Notes under the pieces: model-generated
Told to the model about the DNA's origin: nothing
The model's input: the letters and a program-made list of their open reading frames with translations, nothing else
The model's database searches: none
Translations under genes and position numbers: made by a program
From: Vitrella brassicaformis CCMP3155
Lineage: Eukaryota > Protista > Chromerida
Length of the DNA: 64,000 bases
Assembly: GCA_001179505.1 (NCBI GenBank)
Contig: CDMY01000403.1
Coordinates: 1 to 64,000, forward strand
Direction of reading: 5' to 3'
In this document: piece after piece, positions 60,271 through 64,000 of the stretch
Layout of the letters: the number at the start of each line of letters is the position of its first letter
Position numbering within the stretch: the first letter of the stretch is position 1

Positions 60271-63200
60271 ATGAACACGCCGAGCACCTACGCGAGCGAG
60301 TATCCTTACCCCCCTCCGCCGTCCACGGACATATCGGTGTCCATCCCGGCCGCACCCACGGTGTGCGTGTCGGCTCCCAGCGGCAGCGGCAATGTGTATG
60401 AGGACATGACGGCCGGCGGGTACGGCCCTGGGCAGTATGATGGGTCGGGCGGCGACCAGGACGCGGCGGGGATGCAGCAGACGGTGCTGCTCGCCAACGA
60501 CTGCTTCTATAAGGTGAGCGAGCGGGGGAAGGGAGGGACGAAGTAAAGCTCTCTCCATTCCATTCGTTCGCACAGCGAGTGGATTGTATGTCCGTTGTGT
60601 CCTGTCTGTCGATGTGTGATCGTGACCATTGATTGTGTGCAGACCAAGTTGTGTCCGCATGCCTTGGAGGGTTACTGCCGCAAGGGCGTCAGCTGCTCGT
60701 TTGCGCATTCCCAGGCGGAGCTGCGGCCCCTGCCCAACCTCAAAAAGACACGACTCTGCGACACCTTCATGAAGGTGAGGGAGGGAGTGGCCTGGCCACA
60801 CACACACACAGACGGACAGACACACAGGCAGACCCGATCCTATCTATGTGCCTTCGACTGTGTCTTGTGTATGTGTATGTGTGTTTATTTGCCAGACGGG
60901 CCGTTGCGACAACCTGAATTGCACCTTCGGTGAGTGAGGAAGGAAACACGCACGCACATGCTCATTCATGATGTGAGTGGGTGCCTTCCTTCCCATTGAT
61001 TGTCCTGTGTGTGTGCAGCTCATGGGCAGGAGGAGCTGCGGGCTACGTCAGATTACTACAAGACCTCTCTGTGCTTCTTCTGGAAGAACGGCGAGTGCAA
61101 GGCGGGCGAGCGGTGCAGACACGCTCACGGGTGGGTGAGGGCGGAAATGAGACGAGGGAGGGTGGACACAAATTCTCTCTCTCTCTCTACTGTATTGTTT
61201 AGAGTGCATGAGTTGCGTCCGGCGCCTCCCCGTCGCCGGAACAAGAAGTCCCTGCAGGTGGTGACATCAGGGCTGTCAGGCAGGTTGCCACAGCCCGCCG
61301 CGCCCGTCACGCCACAGAGCGCCGGGCCACAGTTCCACCGCACCAACGTCCCTGACCTCTCGCCCTGCCTGCCCTCGCCCACATCCACCTGGAGCGCGCA
61401 CTCGCCATGGCCCGCTGGCGTCCCCTGCCCCTCGCCCCCGCCCCCGCCCCCGCCACACCCCCCCATGCCAATCAACAACCCGCCGCCCATGCAGCTCACA
61501 CCGAGGCAGGGCGGTGCCACTGGACACAGCAGCATCAGGTACGGTACGCGAGGGACCTTGTTCATGCGCACACATAGACGGATGGATGGATGTGGAATTG
61601 TGAGTGAGTGCAGGAATGAGAACTGGCCGACGGCAAGTCAGAGCAACCCCCTGATGAAGAGTATGGGGGGCGACATGGCTGGCAGTGGTGGCGGCTGGGG
61701 CGGCCACGACGAGCGCATAAGACGGTCCCTGGGGCTGGGACCAAGGTATGCGGCAGGGGCAGCCAACGCCGCCATGCAGGACCATCAGCCCACCGACAGC
61801 AAGGACGGCGACCGCCATCCACAAGAGGACGAAGGTGAGATAGACCCATCCAAAGACGTGCAAACACCAATCCCAACAGCTGATGTGTGTGCCTGTCGCT
61901 CGCTTCAGTTCCTGCCTGGTGGGAGGGTACGGCTTCATCCTCATCCTCCGCCACCATTCTGAAGGCCACCACGCGACCGTCGGTGCCGCCGGGCATGCAC
62001 ATGCAGGGCGACGAGAGGCGGGCCGCTGCGCCTGTGAGGACAACCAGCTCGTGGGGGCCCAACCCACAAGCACAACCTTTCGTGCCAAAAGCCAGGTATC
62101 TATCTATCTGTGTGGGTGGGTGGGTGGGAACAACGAACGAGGTAGGTCTACAAAATCTGCTCTGATGTGCTGTGTGTGTGGTGCACTTTCTTTCGTCAGC
62201 CTGTGGCGTGAGACGACGGTTTCTGGGGCGAGGAGCGCCGCTTCAAACCCTGACGTAGGCACAGCCCGCACACAGATCAGATATGCACACCCGTGCAACG
62301 AACGTCCTCTGTCTCTTGTTCACTCATTTCTTTCCTTTAGACACAGTCCGGTTCATCTCCCGGCCAGGCATCCGCCGGCGGCGCGTCAACGGTGTCGATC
62401 TTCGCCAACCCCTCGCCCTTCGCCCCAACGGCCACCCCATCGGCCATGCCGCAGCAGCCAGTACACACCGACAGCCCCACCCGCACCGCAGAGGAACATG
62501 CATGGCTGCTCAACCTGAGGCCCGACGAGAGCGACCCCTCCGTGGACGTGTCCGTGCTGGACCCGAGCAGCAAGGACCTGCTCAGCCGGTTGCCGGCCGA
62601 CGAGCAGCCGCTGTTTATAGAGTTCCTGCGGTACAAGAGGGAGCGCGGCATGGTTGGCGGCATGCACAGCAGATCCACGGCCACAACCACGCCCACAAGG
62701 CGGCACTTCTCCTCCCCCTTTGGGCTGGGCCTCACGCCAGAAGGGCTGCCGTCCTCGCCCCCACAGGCACAGAACGCGTCCCCCGATAGCACCGACTCAG
62801 TCTTTCTGCGGCCGATCGCCATACAGCACCGGAGCCACTCTGACAACGGAATGAGCATCAGCGGGGGAGGATCGGTGTCGCCGGGAGAGAGGGGGAGGGG
62901 CGGTGTGGGTGTCGATTCGGCGGGTGGTGATGGGGGGCACGTGTCGCCCGCTGTGGCTGTGGACGTCAGGGGGGGTGCGGCGATTGCGTGGGACGAGGAG
63001 CAGGAGAGCGAACAGTACAACCGAATAGAAGAGGTACGCACGCGTCGGGACACACACACACACAAACGGAGATTCCATGCATGTTTGGCTGTCTCTAATC
63101 TCAGCTGGCATCCTCATGTCTGTCCGGTGCGGGCAGCGCCCCCTTCTCCCTCCTCGAGGCGCCTGGCAGCAGCACCACGTCGACCACCCCAACGCACCCC

Positions 63201-63392
63201 TTCTCCCCAACCCCCTGGGCGTGCGGCCTGCCGTCGGTGCTGGAGGTCAGCCACTCCAATGAGGACAGCCCGCAGAGTGACATCAACCTCGGCACAGCGC
63301 ATGTCAATGACAAGGACGAGGAGGAGGAGGAGATGATCCGGGGCGGTGGGGGGTCGGGCAGCGACGGCACCACACACGAGGGCGAGGAGTGA
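60271..63392 (+). CDS. Tandem triple CCCH zinc-finger RNA-binding protein with long Pro/Ser-rich C-terminus
   Basis: [75 protein letters not shown], each followed by ELR. Confidence 0.85.
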
Positions 63393-64000
63393 GTTGAGTG
63401 AGTGATAGGTAGATATCTAGAGCGTGTGGCTGGCTGGCTCCCTCATGTAGGGGAAGGGAGGGAGGTGTGTGTAAGGGCGGAGGGAGGGGGCGAGCGAACG
63501 AGTACCGAGCGAAGGGCTCTGGTGCTCCTTTACTTGTTTGCTCGTTGGCTGGTCGGTTGATTGATTGATTCGTGATAAATGAGTGGTTGAGTGAGTGCTG
63601 TGATGAGTGCGCCGCTTTTTTCGCGTGCAGATGAGAGACAGACAGTGCGCGCATAATGGCGTTCGGTGTGTGCTGGTTGGTGTGGTCGGTGTCCTGTGGT
63701 CTTTCTGTTGTGGTGTGGCAGGCAGCCTGTGTGTGATAACGATACCATACCCCTCACACAAAAAAGACAGAAGAAACCAAAGAAAGAAAGAAAGTGGCTG
63801 GCCTGGTTGGTTGACGTTTTTTGGACGCAAGAATGAACGTCTGTATGTCTGCCTGCCTGCCTGTCTGTCTGCCTGTCTGCCTGTGAGGGAGTGAGCAGTG
63901 TCCGTGACTCGACCTGTGTATGTATCTCTGTCTGTCTCCAGTCGGGGCGGCCAACTTAGGGGATATGCACGGTGCAGAACACTCAGGGATACGTACGGAC

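Noticed and set aside
1-64000. CRISPR arrays, rRNA, intact transposase or reverse transcriptase genes
   Set aside because: No regularly spaced repeat-spacer units, rRNA signatures, DDE or RT motifs were seen. The short repeats are simple microsatellites.

Overview
Eukaryotic, intron-dense, GC-rich genomic DNA. Short introns full of (CA)n/(TG)n/(GA)n/(CATC)n microsatellites, plastid-targeted Calvin-cycle and MEP enzymes, and an apicomplexan-like PKAr and NPC1-related gene point to a photosynthetic chromerid alveolate, most likely Vitrella brassicaformis (inference). About 20 genes lie mostly in head-to-head pairs: EFM4-type methyltransferase, two BTB/POZ paralogues (one with a nonsense codon), HAD-like hydrolase (plus a truncated copy), secreted PhoX phosphatase, tRNA-Cys(GCA), TPT-family transporter, multidomain arylsulfotransferase, pseudokinase, a tandem signal-peptide/coiled-coil/TM family, a 37-aa helical-repeat protein, a decayed Crinkler-like NTPase, PTH2, an RCC1-like/AT-hook/chromodomain protein, a Patched/NPC1-like protein, a CEP89-like protein, PKA regulatory subunit and a triple-CCCH protein. 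The main highlight is one plastid-targeted gene in which sedoheptulose-1,7-bisphosphatase (with its redox Cys pair) splices in frame into IspH/HDR. A second highlight is a recurrent RAGCTCGCAA motif seen in the short divergent promoters. Two 300-N gaps are present; one is flanked by an identical 1,428-bp overlap that is probably an assembly artefact. All exon structures were inferred by eye from GT-AG sites and reading frame.
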